This document shows, in pieces, positions 48,001 through 61,733 of a stretch of DNA of 64,000 nucleotides. The DNA is taken from positions 62,001 through 126,000 of the forward strand of contig JYFJ02000141.1 of assembly GCA_000934665.2 (NCBI GenBank). Direction: 5' to 3'. How positions within the stretch are numbered: position 1 is the first letter of the stretch; each line of letters starts with the position of its first letter. The position numbers and the translations under genes are program-made. A model generated the notes under the pieces. The model saw only the letters and a program-made list of their open reading frames with translations, was not told the DNA's origin and searched no databases. The stretch comes from Catajapyx aquilonaris. Taxonomy: Eukaryota.

Positions 48001-51000
48001 CCGGCTCGTTTGTTTTGAGAGGAGGTGGAATGAAATGCTGGCACAAAGGGCAAGCGGCTCTCCTAAAAAAAATAGTGGAAAACAACCCTAAAAGTTCACT
48101 CTCGTTCTTCATCAAGCTGTGTTATTGTCTGATATCAAAAATGTAAATACTATGTGAATATGTGAGTACAAAACCAGCAGACACTGCTTGCAATTCCACT
48201 CTGCCGACTCATCAAAACATTAACAACACCCTCATGAGGCCCACAATAATTTTACGCCAGCATTAACACCAAGACCAAAACTTTAGTAAGCAACGAATGT
48301 GACAAGTGTCCATCATAAAAGCTCCGTATATTCCGGATGAGCCCAAGACGACAACTGTACACAGGTCTAGACGGGGCGATGACAAATTTTAACAGCACTG
48401 CTCCTGAGGAGGTTAATATTCTGAACTAATGGGGCGAGGCACTTTATGACTTTCATCGTCGCGAGTTATATCCAGGCGTCGTCGTTTTACGTTTTCAAAT
48501 TTCATCCACCGGCGAAGGCTGCAAATTACTTTTAAAAGAGACCCCCGGTAGGTGATTCTAGACGGCTACCTGCGAATATAAACGACGCATTACATCCCTC
48601 AACAGCGCGATAAAAAAGGAGGGTTGGTTTGGGGTGGAGGTGGAGCAGAACTTTTTTTAATCCCCTTAAGTGAATAATGAAATTAAAGTCTCATTTAAGG
48701 TCTTATCAAATAAAGAGTAATAGTTAATAATGGTTGGTTTACAATGGAATACGCGGAGGTCATTGGCACCAAAGATAAAGTGTTGAAGGGTTGCTTTTGT
48801 GCAACTTTGCTATCAGTATTGCTTGGGTTTGCAAATATTTTAGTTCAATCATGTTTCTCAGATAATGACAAGTATGATATTGAATCTTGCCTGCAGTTTA
48901 ACTAAACGGTTAGAAAAACAAATATGGGTTCATTGCCTTAGGGCTAAGACTCTTAAGAGGATACCTTACATACTGCATAATTTCATTTACAATCTTGTAA
49001 TTTTTATTAACCCCGTTTGTGAAATAATGCCTGCGAAGTTATGTCCCAAGTGAAAATGGGGCATAAATTACTGGTACTGCACAGCGTACATTAACGCAAA
49101 TTAAAGTGCTCTGTATCAACACGTGGGCGGTATACCTTTACTGGACAACAACCAAACCAAAAAGCAACATAATAACCAGTGTTTATAAGTAAAACAAGTA
49201 ATCCGTGAAAGCAGTAAAATGTAACAATTTTATCGGCCAATATTTTGACTCTTTACACACTACAATGCATTTTCACGTCTACTTGATCAACACAATTTAC
49301 GTATGGATGTGCACTGATGTAAATGTAGATAAAATAACTGAATGGGGTGATGTGCCTGTTACATTACTTGTCATATCTGAGCCAACTGCAGTAGCTCGCG
49401 TCATTAAGCTCCCGTTATAATCCGTGTATTTTGAAAATCGTGCTTATTGCTGGATATGAGATTAATCATGCAATGCGGTTACGTGTAATAATTAATAGGT
49501 AATCATAATTGACGAACTGTCATACTTTGACAAGTTTATGCCACGTTTAGTCATGCATAAGTAGTACGTAAAATGCTTTATATAGGCCACTACCACAGGT
49601 ACTGATCACAATTATTTGTTTATTACATACTACTTTTCTTTCATATTCCCAGGTCAATGCCTGCCACTTTTGAAATTACATAATCAAAACCTGCACTTTC
49701 CATCCTGAACAAAATTCAAAAGGTGCTTCTCAGAATCAATAAAAAATTCCCCCTTATTGCTTTTGACATTTTTTGTCCAACAATTCTTGCCATATACAGA
49801 CGTTTCGATATATTTTTTGCGACTTTGTCGCAACATTTTTGAGGACAAACCCCCAGGCTACACAAACCCTCCCCACCACCTGATCCCTCCCCCCTCCACC
49901 CACTCCCTTAATTAATTGTAACAAGACATAAGCCAATTGAGAGACACGGTCCGCCTTTGTTCCCAGCCTGATCACCAAGACAACGGCCGTACCAAGTCAG
50001 ATGACGGTTCCAATTAGCCTGCGAACATAAAAGCTCTAGTGGGCACAAAAGACTGAGGAGGGACTATAAACACCTATAATCCTTGCTGGCATCGAAAAAC
50101 AAGCTGCGAAACAAAGTAGGGGGGCTAAAAATTTAGGCATAATGAAGTCTCCAGACTTTGCTATATAACTTTAAGCCTTCTTTTTAAAACCCTGCTTTTA
50201 TAATTGAGCATTGCCACTTACCCCTGAGGTCTTCCTTTGAGGTGTTCCGGTAGATCGAGTCGATCTCACGGGGCTTTTATCTTCTTTGGCTGAAACCACA
50301 GGAGTTTAATGAGATTAGACCACAGGTTAAAGTGCCGGGGATACAATAATTACCTGTAGATAATCCTCACCTTCTCACACTTGTTTAAAAAAAACCTATA
50401 TCAGAGGTGGTAATACCAGAAACTTTTAGGACAGGTCCTTGTCCAAGAAAGCTAAAAGATTATATCCCCAAGCGTGCTTTGACTTTTCTTTCGGGAATTA
50501 CCAAGAACTAGGTTTTTTCTCTCTCTCTCAGAAATCGATGCGTTGAAAGGACTAGAAGGTATGTAGTTGGTCGTGTTCTGCGAGTATCACGTCTCTTGGA
50601 ATCAGAACCGAAAAATATACGAGCACGAATACAAAAAAAAAAAAGTTCACGACCTACAATGCAAAGGGTGGTCGAAATCATTTACACCCGATTGTATATG
50701 ACCCAAGGGGGTGTTTTCATCACGTGCGAACGACCAGAGAAAATCACCTTGGTGATATATACTGCGTTACGTAATTCGAACCGACCGCACTCGATTGATG
50801 TTTGTCGGTTGCTGGTCGCGAAATTCGGGCCGTAAATTCCGACTCCTGTCAAAGTCGTAGTAGGCCTAATAACCAGGTATTATTCAGAGCCGAATTTAAT
50901 GCCTGATCGGATCTAATTCTGGTTGAAAAAATAACGAATTTTTTTTGGTCCTTCCAATGTGTATAGCGTGTGCTTTGGTCGTAAATGCGTCTGCCTTACA

Positions 51001-54000
51001 GAATGCAATAAATTTTGCAGAAATAGTACAATTGTCCAGACAAAATATTGCAGCATCCCAGGCCATTTGAATATATATTGAGAAAAAGGAGCCGCACAAA
51101 GTATAGCCGATTGAGCCTTTATTTTCTCTCCAATAAAGGACAATAGATGAAATCGAGTCGCCGGAGTGTGTCTTGAAAACAGGAGAGAGGATCGTGAAAA
51201 GGGGTCATTACGGGTTATGGATCACTGATGCTGTCCCCATGAACGACGTCCCAGCTTATAATAAGAGTTTATAACGCAATATTGAGGAGGGAATATGGAG
51301 CTCGCTTCAGGACATACTAGAGGGGACCGTAAAAATAGAATCCAAAATGGAAGTGGGCCATACATTTTGACACCCTATATTATTATGTTCAGCCAAGTCT
51401 TTGCAATATGAGACAGGTGAAGAGAGCCCGAAATTTAGGGCCAGATTAACTTCATGGTCGGCAATATATATTTTAGTAACATTGACACAAGTGAAATGTG
51501 CTGTGTAGGCTATCTGGCAATAATGAATTAATTGCACGTTTCGAATTTTAAATTCGCATTACATGTACTCTACATATTTCAGTATGTGAAGCAAAAAAAA
51601 TGTAGCATCCAAACATGAAATTAGTTTCATCTCCTGGGCTGACTCCCAAGGACTTTTTGCAGAAAATGTCCCATCCAACCAGTCAGATGTTCTGCGCGCA
51701 ATTATTATCAATATGTAGGATATGCTTCCAGAATGGGCTATTATTTTAGACTTTATGAGCATGTTAACGATCCCTCCCGAAGGACTTTTGTCGACCAGCT
51801 AGGCCCCGTTTTACGTGTGATTTACACAGGCCCTGGCCACGCTTCCTGACATGTAAATGGATCCAGAAAAAAATCTTTTTTCCACTGCTGAAGCGAGGGT
51901 GGAACAACGCAATCTGCTTGAAATATGCTGCTCCCTAATGCCCATCCTCACGTGTAGTAAACACACTGAGAAATTTTTATTTTTTTGGGCATATCACTTT
52001 TTGGAGCATTGTTGCACCCAAAGCGCTGTACAAAAGGGAGCTAATTACCATTTTATAGGGCTCGTTTTCGGAATGGAAAATTCCATGGCTCTAAAAGCAT
52101 TACATGAAAACGACAAGAATAGTGTTCAAGCAACAATGAGCTGCAGTGAGTGGGAACAGTATCAAAATTTAACTAACAATTAAAATGTTTGTGACGTCAG
52201 TACTATTCTGAGGTTGAATATGTAATGAGCACATTTTCAGTACGAAACGAGTGCGATTTCAGTTGTATATAAATTATCGAGTCTTTTTATGCAACTCCGC
52301 GCCTTTTGACGACCCTCGAGTGTGTAACGGCCCGTATCTAGAGCACACCATTATCTTCTTCATTACCTTCCATCGTCCGTAAGAGGTGAATCTCAAGGCT
52401 ATAGTAGTCGCATTTTCTGTCCTCTTTTTGTGTGTGTCCAACCTGAGATAAGCCTTCTGAAGTGCTTCGGAGTCTTTTCCTGCCTGCTTCACGCTGCTCT
52501 GGACGTTATTCCAGCTATAGAAACAGGAGACTCTTTTACCTAATCTCTGGGTGTCGTAAATGCGCTGCGATACATCTCATTTCCCCCCAACTAGCTGCAG
52601 GAGAGCGCCCAAGGTTGCACATTAGACACAAGGGCTATAAAAGGAACCTGGGAAATTAACTCGGGCTGCTTTGCTATTGTGCACTGCAATGGGCGTTGGA
52701 ATTCGAGCGCAGGATGTTTATTTGTGTTGCTTTTCGATTTCCTAGGCTAGGTTGGAACTAACATGGACGAACATCTGGAGCTAACATGTGTGGAATAGTT
52801 CGCGCTCAAACATACACACGAATATGCTTTGAAAAATATTGATTGAAAACGGGCTGACGTAAAATATTGACACAATTCAAATCATGAAAAACCAATACAG
52901 GCTGACGTAAAAAAACAACAGCAAGATAATTATGTAAAGTAGTAATGGATACAACCACACTCAAATTTTAAAATTTACTCTATGGACCTGGGCAATCACA
53001 CAATACGTGGGTAATTTTATTCCATGTGAGTTCATACAAGAAAAATTCAAAAGTTCACCCGCCATTTTTCTACAAAACTGTGGCACTTAGGGTCATATTT
53101 TGTCGATGTCTTGGGGGCATATTTTTAAATGTGTATTATGTTTTGAAGCAGCCTGCACTATTATGCACGTAATGAATATTTTCACTGCACACCTCAGTTA
53201 GGCTGCAGAATAGTTCCCCATTGTAAATTATTTACCAAATTTTATGCACTGAATAGTGTAAGAAACGGAGAAAAACTATATAAAAATAAATACGGAGCGT
53301 CTATAAATTTGGGGGGAAAAATGTCAGGGGTTCAGCCTGCAACTTATTAATATCCCATATCTGTAGGTGTCTAAAATCCGGGCGCCAGCAGAGACGTTAT
53401 AACCGAATCGTAATAACTCTTGACGCCTACACGTCCGGAATTTCTGTTGGTGCCCCTTGCTTTTAAACGGGGTCCGGGCCCAGGAATTCGGCATTACTCG
53501 CGCCCATTAAAGCGTTAAAAGCCCTGACATTGCACACATTACTCCGCTTCCCATTCCAGGGAGGGGTTTTAACTGCACAATAAGTATGAACGCCCACAAG
53601 GCAGAGGCCGCGTTTTATTTTGTGAAACGGATATTGCGACATGCAGATGGATTCGTCTCTTTCCAAAATCAATATAGGGAACAAGAAGGATGAAGGAGAT
53701 GAATGTTTGCAATCATATGCGACGGATGCTGAAGATGAAAGAATTACTGCTGAGGACATCTTACGCAACCGTTTGGACATGAATATTTTTTCCGTTAAAA
53801 ATAGATCTATATGGTTGTTCAAAATTGGCTTGGAATTCATTAGTGGCAAGGAAGGATTTATTCGAGCGTTAGTCCTATATCCACATCCATATTCCATAAC
53901 ACAAAAGATTGGATCCGAAATTAAAGACGCGAATGCCACTTTCAGAAATGGGAAAACTTCGGGTTTTTTTAAAAAAGAGGGATCTTCTATGTACGTCATT

Positions 54001-57000
54001 TGAATATGCCACAAAAGGAACGTGATCAATAGGACAGGTAGAGCATAAACGTGTTTACAACTTCTATTCCATTGGGGAAATGAAATGCAATTTAGCAATA
54101 CAATGGCAACTAATAATGTTGTCATTACCCTGCGACCAGGAGCACTAAATCGTTTAATTCACTATGCAAATATTAGAATAGTTATGTTCCATTTGGCAAG
54201 AGGTGGAAAAACGCATTATAATCCACTGCAACATATGATCTGTAATACATTCATCCTTAAAATAACACTGATGCAAACAATTGCAATGAGGTCCAACGTA
54301 TTGCCATCATGAACAACAAAATTGACGGCAAACAATGGCAATGTAATGATACTATATCCGGAGGGGTGTGGATTTGCCTAGTAGTGTGAATGTGATCGTG
54401 CGAGTGTAGGGCCCAGCTGATCAAAGTGCGGTTCGTTGGTTAACCCCCTAGTTTGGCAATTCCGCCAAAATTTGCAATGAAATTACACATTCCCGTTACG
54501 GACTCCCCAATCCCTAATTTACAATGTAGCCAGCCTCGAATCCACTTTGATAACAACTGTGCTTAACTACTGTTTTTGTGCTGCGCTTGGACATTAATTA
54601 CAGTACTGTATACTGGCGAAATGTTCATTCCAGCAACAAGTGTTCACTCGAGGTGCACATATGAACATGATGTGAATCTTACCTCGTATCCTGAGGTGTT
54701 TTCCGCCCAACCAGAAGGTCTCGGTGGTGAGTATGGGCAGAGGAGTCTTCGAGGACTCCAGGTACACGTTGACGGAGCCAAGTTCCACACCCCGTCTCTC
54801 GCAAGCACTCCTCAAAGCCTCCCTACGAATTGGAATATCAAGATGTCATTTACATGTCACCACAACTAATTTGGAAACAATATATCTGGGTCAATGTGCC
54901 TAAAGATCTTATACAGTTTCAAAGTTTCTTAAATTATTATTATCACGCGGGCGTAGCAGAGAATTAGTGACATGCTGTATATCGCAAAACTGACGGTAAA
55001 AATAATGACGCCTGACAACTTAACTTTATTATTAACTTTATTATTATTATAAGATCAAAGAGTGTACTGTCAGGAGCAGAAGCACCTTTGAGATTTGGAT
55101 TGGCTATTGTGTTGTGTTCAAAAGGCGGTTATACAACAGATGTAGGCTACCGTACAGAATTGTCCCTCTTTAGGCAAAGAAGCTTGACATGCATGCCCTC
55201 TTAGAAATGTACAGTAAGTTATATGAAATTTGCACTGTCGTACCTAATATTCGTCTGGCTTCTTCCTCAAGCCCAACAGCAGGCGTATAACCGAGGCTAC
55301 ATTTTGATTGCAAAACCACATCATAAATTCAATTTAGAGTCTCATTTTCATGCAAAACAAAACTTTTACGATCGGTCATCTTGCACTGTAAGACACCAAA
55401 AGTTCAGAGCGCCTTGTTCATCCCAGCAGGCATCAAAGTCTGATACTGTATGCGAAGAACAACGTCAGAGAAGTTTCTTCCCTTCTTATACTTCGCACAC
55501 ATTTCCCAAATGCTCTCCAGACGTTGTAAAAAAAATCCCCTACAAAATATGACAGGCAAGAAAATTCTAGCGTTTCCAGGTCCAACCGGTGCAACATGGC
55601 ACATGAAAGCATATGAGAGTCAGAGTGAGTCATTCACGGTCCTCTCAGGTTCCTTCCAATGTGGTTTCATGCCCTTAGGTTGAGTTCGCAAATGAAACGA
55701 ATTCCTTTCAAGAGTCGCCGAGAGCAATTTCGAAGAGGGGGGTACATGCGATAAAACAGCACAAAGGAATATTCATATAGGAATGCTCATGCACTGAAGT
55801 ATACACATTCAGAGTAAGAGAGTCGGGGCAGGATGTAGACATTGCAATAACCAGCCCCCGGAATTACAGACGTTCTCGAGTCCTATGTCAACTTCAACTG
55901 CACTAGTGCTAAAATTAGGCCTAAGTGAAAGCACTGACTCTATGGCAAAAGATGTAGATTTTGCAAATGGCTCGGAAAATGTGCTGTAATAATAATTCAC
56001 TGCCGTACCCTTCCTTCTAGTAGTTATTACTAAGGGGGATTTCGATTTTGACACCAATTTAAACCTTCCACATAGTTTATAGTCTTCAAGTGCATGGGGC
56101 AGTGTAAAAATTCGATTTGGGAGCAGAAATGGGCATGCGACTAATATTTTAACGCAGAGTTTCGCACTCCTTTATGTCCCTCATTTTGATGGGTCGATCC
56201 AACATGTCAGCTCAATTTCGCTGAAACTGTCAGCTATCCCCATATTGCAACTAAGCCCCATCATAATAACGCACAGCTTGCACATGCCTAACACCACACG
56301 CATGTCTATAGACACAGTAGTTCTGCCCGTTATTTTGCAATTTACTAGCCTTGTTTAATAGGAAACTCTAACTCCAATCAGTATTGTTGAGCTTTTTTAT
56401 GAACTCCAGTGTTGCTTCAAGTTTATATTGTCAACAATGCTAATACCAAATAATGCCAATATGTTCCTAGAGACAGAGAACCAAATTGAGTATTGAATCT
56501 GCGAAAACTTATTATCCTGTCCACACTACCATGCAATTTACGCCCATTGTTATACCCACAAGTTTGGGTTTATTGTGGCGTCGTTCCAGCCGTACAATAA
56601 TAGCCGGCAGCGTCATTCGAGGAAGCACAATGGCCTGCTTCGTGCCACCCAATTATTACAAATTTCCCCTTACTTTTTATCGATTCCTTCGTGCAAAAAG
56701 TGGCCCAACAGAGAGCGATGAAGTTGCAATATCTCAAGTTGTACGCGGTATGACGCGAGGCTCAAACTGGGCCAAATGCAAGGACATTTACCTGAAGCTA
56801 AATTAACTTCATTAGGCCATAACTGGCAAGAACACAAGAAACCAAATGCAGCTATATATAAGATGTCGAGGGGGCCATACGTCAGTTTGGATAATCGATT
56901 AGTTACTTCAGTCAGACTTATGAACGTTATACATGTATCGTATGGCCTCATTGCAAAATGTAATCAATTTATTTAAAAACTGGAGCAAAAGAAGTTAATG

Positions 57001-60000
57001 CTAATTAACCACTATCCCCCATAAAGCTCTTTGAACTCACATTGATGCAAATATGACTTTCCATCAATCACCCCCTTTTTTTACACATTTGAACCAAAAT
57101 TCGGCTGGCTCTTTCCCCTTTTTTGGTTGTGGCACCGATGATAAAGTTTGCGGGGAACATTTGCAATCGATTGCATCATCCATCACTCCGGGAATAAATT
57201 GTGGAAGTTAATTCATCTCGATGGCACGGGGAATGTTCAATCGCCCCCCCCCCCCCCAAACTTCCACCAAAGAAGCCACATTTCTTCTCCACAAAACGTT
57301 ATATCTCCTCCTTTTCCTCTCAGAATATACCGCAGCCAATCTCACACCATGTCCAGGCTTTTGTTCCACGTAAGAAGTAAAGGGGGGGAAAAAAGCGAAT
57401 AGTATTGTTGCAGGAGGCTATAAATTACATTTCCAGATGTTCTGCCGAACCGTAACTTGAATTATAGCTCCTTGTGGTTATTACATTCTAAAGTAGGACA
57501 GACCCAACTGTCTCTTGAACATCTCTTCCTTTGCGCAATGTAAGTATAAAGAAGCTGTAGAACGGCCAGATATTGTCTTATACAGAAGTTATGCGAATTC
57601 GGCCTGTTCAGTCGCAAAAATGTGCAAAATATGACGGAGATCCCTGAGACTGATGAGCAGCATCAAAACATGATCAAACTATGAGGAAACCCGCAGATGG
57701 TGCAGCTTTCCATCTGTTGCCATACCCTTCTGATTAATTGATTGAGGCGAGAGGATCAGGGTTGTTTTTTTTCTCTCTAAAAAGTCTGCGCATTGGCTAT
57801 GTTAATTTGCATTAGGGCAGCCTTGCACAGATTACTTAATCGATATGATGGAGCTATCTGCACACACCGTTCGGCGTTACTAATGGCCGGCCCTCCCCAT
57901 CATATGTGCTACATCGCAAATTCATAGCCCGCAAATATTGTTACCGGGGGCTTGTCCGCCATACTTTATTCCCTGCAATAAAACCGTTTGACTTACTTTG
58001 GCTTAACTACGCATTATCCTTGTATCAATGCCATCAGCAATTTTCCGCATGTCATCAACCGTGTTTATGTCAACACCCTTAATTATTGACCGCTAATTAC
58101 CTCCATTAGTGTAATAGTGGCGACGCATAATGAATTTGAGCCTGGTCCGCTACTCACACGCACACTATCAGAATTCTAAAATAGGATGATCCCCCATTTT
58201 GCACCTCCCACAGTGTAATGAGACGTATATGGTGTCCATGATTGTTGCTGGGTCAGGCATGTCCAGCTATGTAGGAATTAGAGATAAAACGGTACTCACG
58301 CCAAGGAGGTTCCTCTAGTGGCCGGCAAGAACTCTTCAGGACCAGGATCATCCAAGCATTCGAAACAAACGCTGACAAACTCCGAACTGGACACCTGGAA
58401 CGAGAAACAGGATCAAGTCACGTTGGGCTCCAGTATTCATCCATATAGATCCCATATACTGTATACAAAAGTTTCGCACTATTCTGCACTCCAGAAACCT
58501 TGGTCTGATTTTTCCACACATTTTCGTCCACATATGCAGTGTACACACACACAATAGTGGACCCGGATATCACACACTCCTATTTGTACTGATCCATTAA
58601 AACCCGGTGTGGCATGGCCGGATTTCAACTCTGACTTGTATGCAGCTCAGTTTTTCATCGGTTACGAAACCAGGGGTCCCACATGCGGGAGGCTGTGACC
58701 GAATCACAATCGCTTTCATGGGCTGCAAGTATTTGCCTTGTACAAATTATTACGCGCGCATATTAACCTGTCCGTGCGTGCAAGCTCAGAATTGATCAAA
58801 GAGACCCGATATCATTATGAAGTAGCTGAGTGCTATTTCCAGGCAAGTTGAGTGTGACGCGACCGGTAGTATCAAAAATAGCGCTTTAGAATTTCCTGAT
58901 ACAATATAATATGGCTGGCAATAGCCCTGCTCGCGTTACATCGGGTTTAATGAGAGATATAAGCCAGATCATTTGCAATATGCATGGCCAGATCCAGTAG
59001 AATTCATACCGAATGGAACTGATGTTAATGAAGAGTTAAATATCACTCTTTTTAACAGAGAAACTGAACCGTTTAGCTTTTGTGAGGTTAGGTTATTCTC
59101 TCGCAGAATCTGACACGCCTCAGACACAAATCGCTGTTATGAGAAAGCGGCATTGTAAGCGCTATTTTCACTAGCAGTGACAGATAGCTTCTACGTCATT
59201 ATAGACCACAATCCTTGCAACACTTGCAGCCTCCCCAAAACTTGCGGCGTGTCCCGACGTCAGGAGTGACAATGCCAAAAGTTTGAACAATCGGTTACAG
59301 CACCGGGGCGTGGGTGCTGCTGGTGATGTTGCAAAACCCGCCGCCGCCACATGTAAGCAGTTAAAAGATAGTTGGCGGTTGGTAGGAGGGGGTTTTCCCC
59401 CCTTCTCCGGCTCTCATTTCACCCACGTCAGCCGGTCCTATTTGGTTCTCCATTGTGTCTCAAACTCTGGCAACTTTCTCGCTATTCTCATGGAAACGAG
59501 GACTAACACTGGCCACAAAAACTTTTGGGAGCCGCTCCTCCAAAAGGGAGAAGGTGACTCCGGATGAGATTTGAACCTTGCACACGAAGGTATGTTGTCA
59601 CAAACGGTACCTTGGCAACAATACCTCGGGTGAAACGCAAGTTTCTCCAGATTTGCAGGTAAAACATCTGCATATGTTGCTCGAAAATCGGAAAGGTCAG
59701 CTTGATTACAAATTGGGAACAAATAAAATGTCACAATAATCCGCTCAAAATTCATTGTGCACAGTCAATAACTCGCTCTGACGTCGGGGATGATACTTTC
59801 AAAGCACGGATGATTGAAAAATCCTGCATGATTATACGTGGTGCACAGAAATTCTAGTGTTCCGATTCTGTTGGCTCTGGCCAGAGTTATATACCGACTG
59901 AAATTTTGGCTGGCGAAACGTCACGGAGCATTAAGCTTGGGCGGTTTTGCAATGACTTGATGAGCTCTGCTATAGCCGTAGCTGTATTTCAGACCGGATT

Positions 60001-61733
60001 TGCATACTCCCAGGGCTGCAGATTGCATCTCTTGAAAACCATGTTTATTATAAGCTTTCCCCAGGCGAGACTCAGTTTGCTAGCATCATAATGCATCATC
60101 CATTGCACAGAAAGCAAGGCCTGGCACATGTGGTGGAAAGACTATAGAAGAGGAGGAGATCCATTACAAGCCCAGGCTCTCTATATAACTATACGCCTGC
60201 CATAAAGTTTCGAGTGTAAACACCCTTCTATCTTCTAAGAGAGGGGTGGGCTGTCACTGGCGCAAATTACATTTGGAGGAAATGGCCCGCCCTTAGACGG
60301 GTGCTGGAAACATTTTCTTCGCATTTACGTTGGACGTGTTATATGGACTCTTCCTGTAATCGCACAGTGTCAAAGACACTGCAGTATATCAAGTGAAAAT
60401 TCCTGATTTTTTTTTTACTCTGGAGTACTGTGCTTCTTATACCCTTGAAAGGGGATATGGGATGAGATGTTCCGTCACGTTGTAATAAATAACCCGGATG
60501 AAATACTGTGTAATCACGAGCTGAATAACACGCCGCGCTGATCTTTACATCCTTTGAGCCGTTTTCACCCTTTGAAATATATATTTTCTAGCAAGGTCCT
60601 TGAGCGAAACGTGTCATAACAGCACCTAGAAGAATACCGATGCTTCTCCTTACTTTTTGCAAGCATTCTTCGGGGAGGTTTTACCCTAGTGGAAGCATTG
60701 ATCCCACAAGGCTGCGTCGAAAACTTTCTCCCAACCCACTCTTTATGCCGACACCTCATCCATAATACAGCGAATTACCACTAGTGTCGGTCGAGTGGCG
60801 ATGCTTGCTTATTCCGGGAAAACATTTCTCTTCTACGGAACGAGCGAAATTCAGATCCAGGGACCCATGATTTCATCCCGAGGTCACTGGCGTGATATGA
60901 ATATGTTTGTGTTTCGTAGACTGTGCCAAAATTACGAGCAGTGAAATTTTTTGTCCAATTATGGGATGAGAATCATTAGCGTCAATTTCATAACCCGTAT
61001 TCGTAAACGTGGATGGGAAGAAGGCAGCTACATATTTAATTAGAGCCTCGGCTTTATATTGAATTTCCCTTCAGTATTTATTCAAGAAAACCATGCGTTC
61101 GCTTCGGGCCCAAATCTGGAAACATCACCTGCATACATCAGGTAAGGTGAAGTGGGGTAAGTGCATACACGGGGTAAGTGCATACACGGGGCCGCCATAT
61201 TGGAATGAAAATGGCTGACGACACCAAAACACGTCAGGCACTCTTTTGTGTAGCTGCACATCACATCCCCACAAGAGGTGAGCATGTCAGCCATTTTCAT
61301 TCCAATATGGCGGCCAGTTTATGCACTTACCCCGTGTATGCACTTACCCCACTTCACCTTACTTTCATCATCTGTCCTACAATTTCTTTCCTGAACATTA
61401 CCTACGTGCACAAACTGCTGGCTAACCTGTTCAACCTGCATATTGTATAGATGCGATTGGGTCTTATCAACATTAAGTAGCATACCCATCTTATCAGTGT
61501 GGGTTAATGACATCATAACCTCATGATATGAAGGTACCAATCAGCATCATTAAATCAGTTCATTATCTCACCTGAGATCTGGATAGCTTGTGTCGGCGGT
61601 GATGTGTGTCCGAAGATGGCACGATCAACTGCTCCTGAGACGTGTCTGGCTCTGATTTGCTGTCCATGTCTTCGCTCTTCACTAACATGGCGGGATCCAG
61701 GGCGTCGATGTGGGTCAGGCTTCGTGAGCGACC
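33064..61733 (-). CDS. PLEKHG5: PLEKHG5/Syx-like Rho guanine nucleotide exchange factor (RBD-like, DH, PH, C-terminal PDZ-binding motif); 5' end not resolved
   Basis: Exons on the minus strand: 61733-61572, 58394-58300, 54822-54683 (EALRSACERRGVELGSVNVYLESSKTPLP), at least one unresolved linker exon (candidate 44751-44657), 44477-44312 (RWSGLF), 43307-43199, 41320-40974 (QQTAIWELVDTEAAYIRTLKVI), 37847-37737, 37641-37492 (CNRLRLMDILVKPMQRLTKYSLLLKAI), 37428-37318, 37246-37100, 37044-36823 (PH: HCFLFTDMLLVCK), 36761-36541, 36479-36201, 36141-35762, 35622-35414, 35352-35124, 34295-34009, 33305-33139, 33073-33064 (ends ...MESSDV*). Confidence 0.9.
34407..35088. mobile_element. Non-autonomous piggyBac-like foldback element with TTAA target-site duplication, in a RhoGEF intron
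   Basis: TTAA|CCCCTTCGGTACCAGATCTA ... TAGATCTGGTACCGAAGGAG|TTAA, with TTAA at 34403 and 35089. About 300 bp inverted arms make up nearly the whole element. Confidence 0.88.
61145..61359. mobile_element. MITE with ~70 bp TIRs, flanked by TA
   Basis: TA|AGGTGAAGTGGGGTAAGTGCATACACGGGG...GGCCGCCATATTGGAATGAAAATGGCTGAC is mirrored by GTCAGCCATTTTCATTCCAATATGGCGGCC...CTTACCCCACTTCACCT|TA. Each TIR contains an internal 17 bp tandem subrepeat. Confidence 0.88.
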
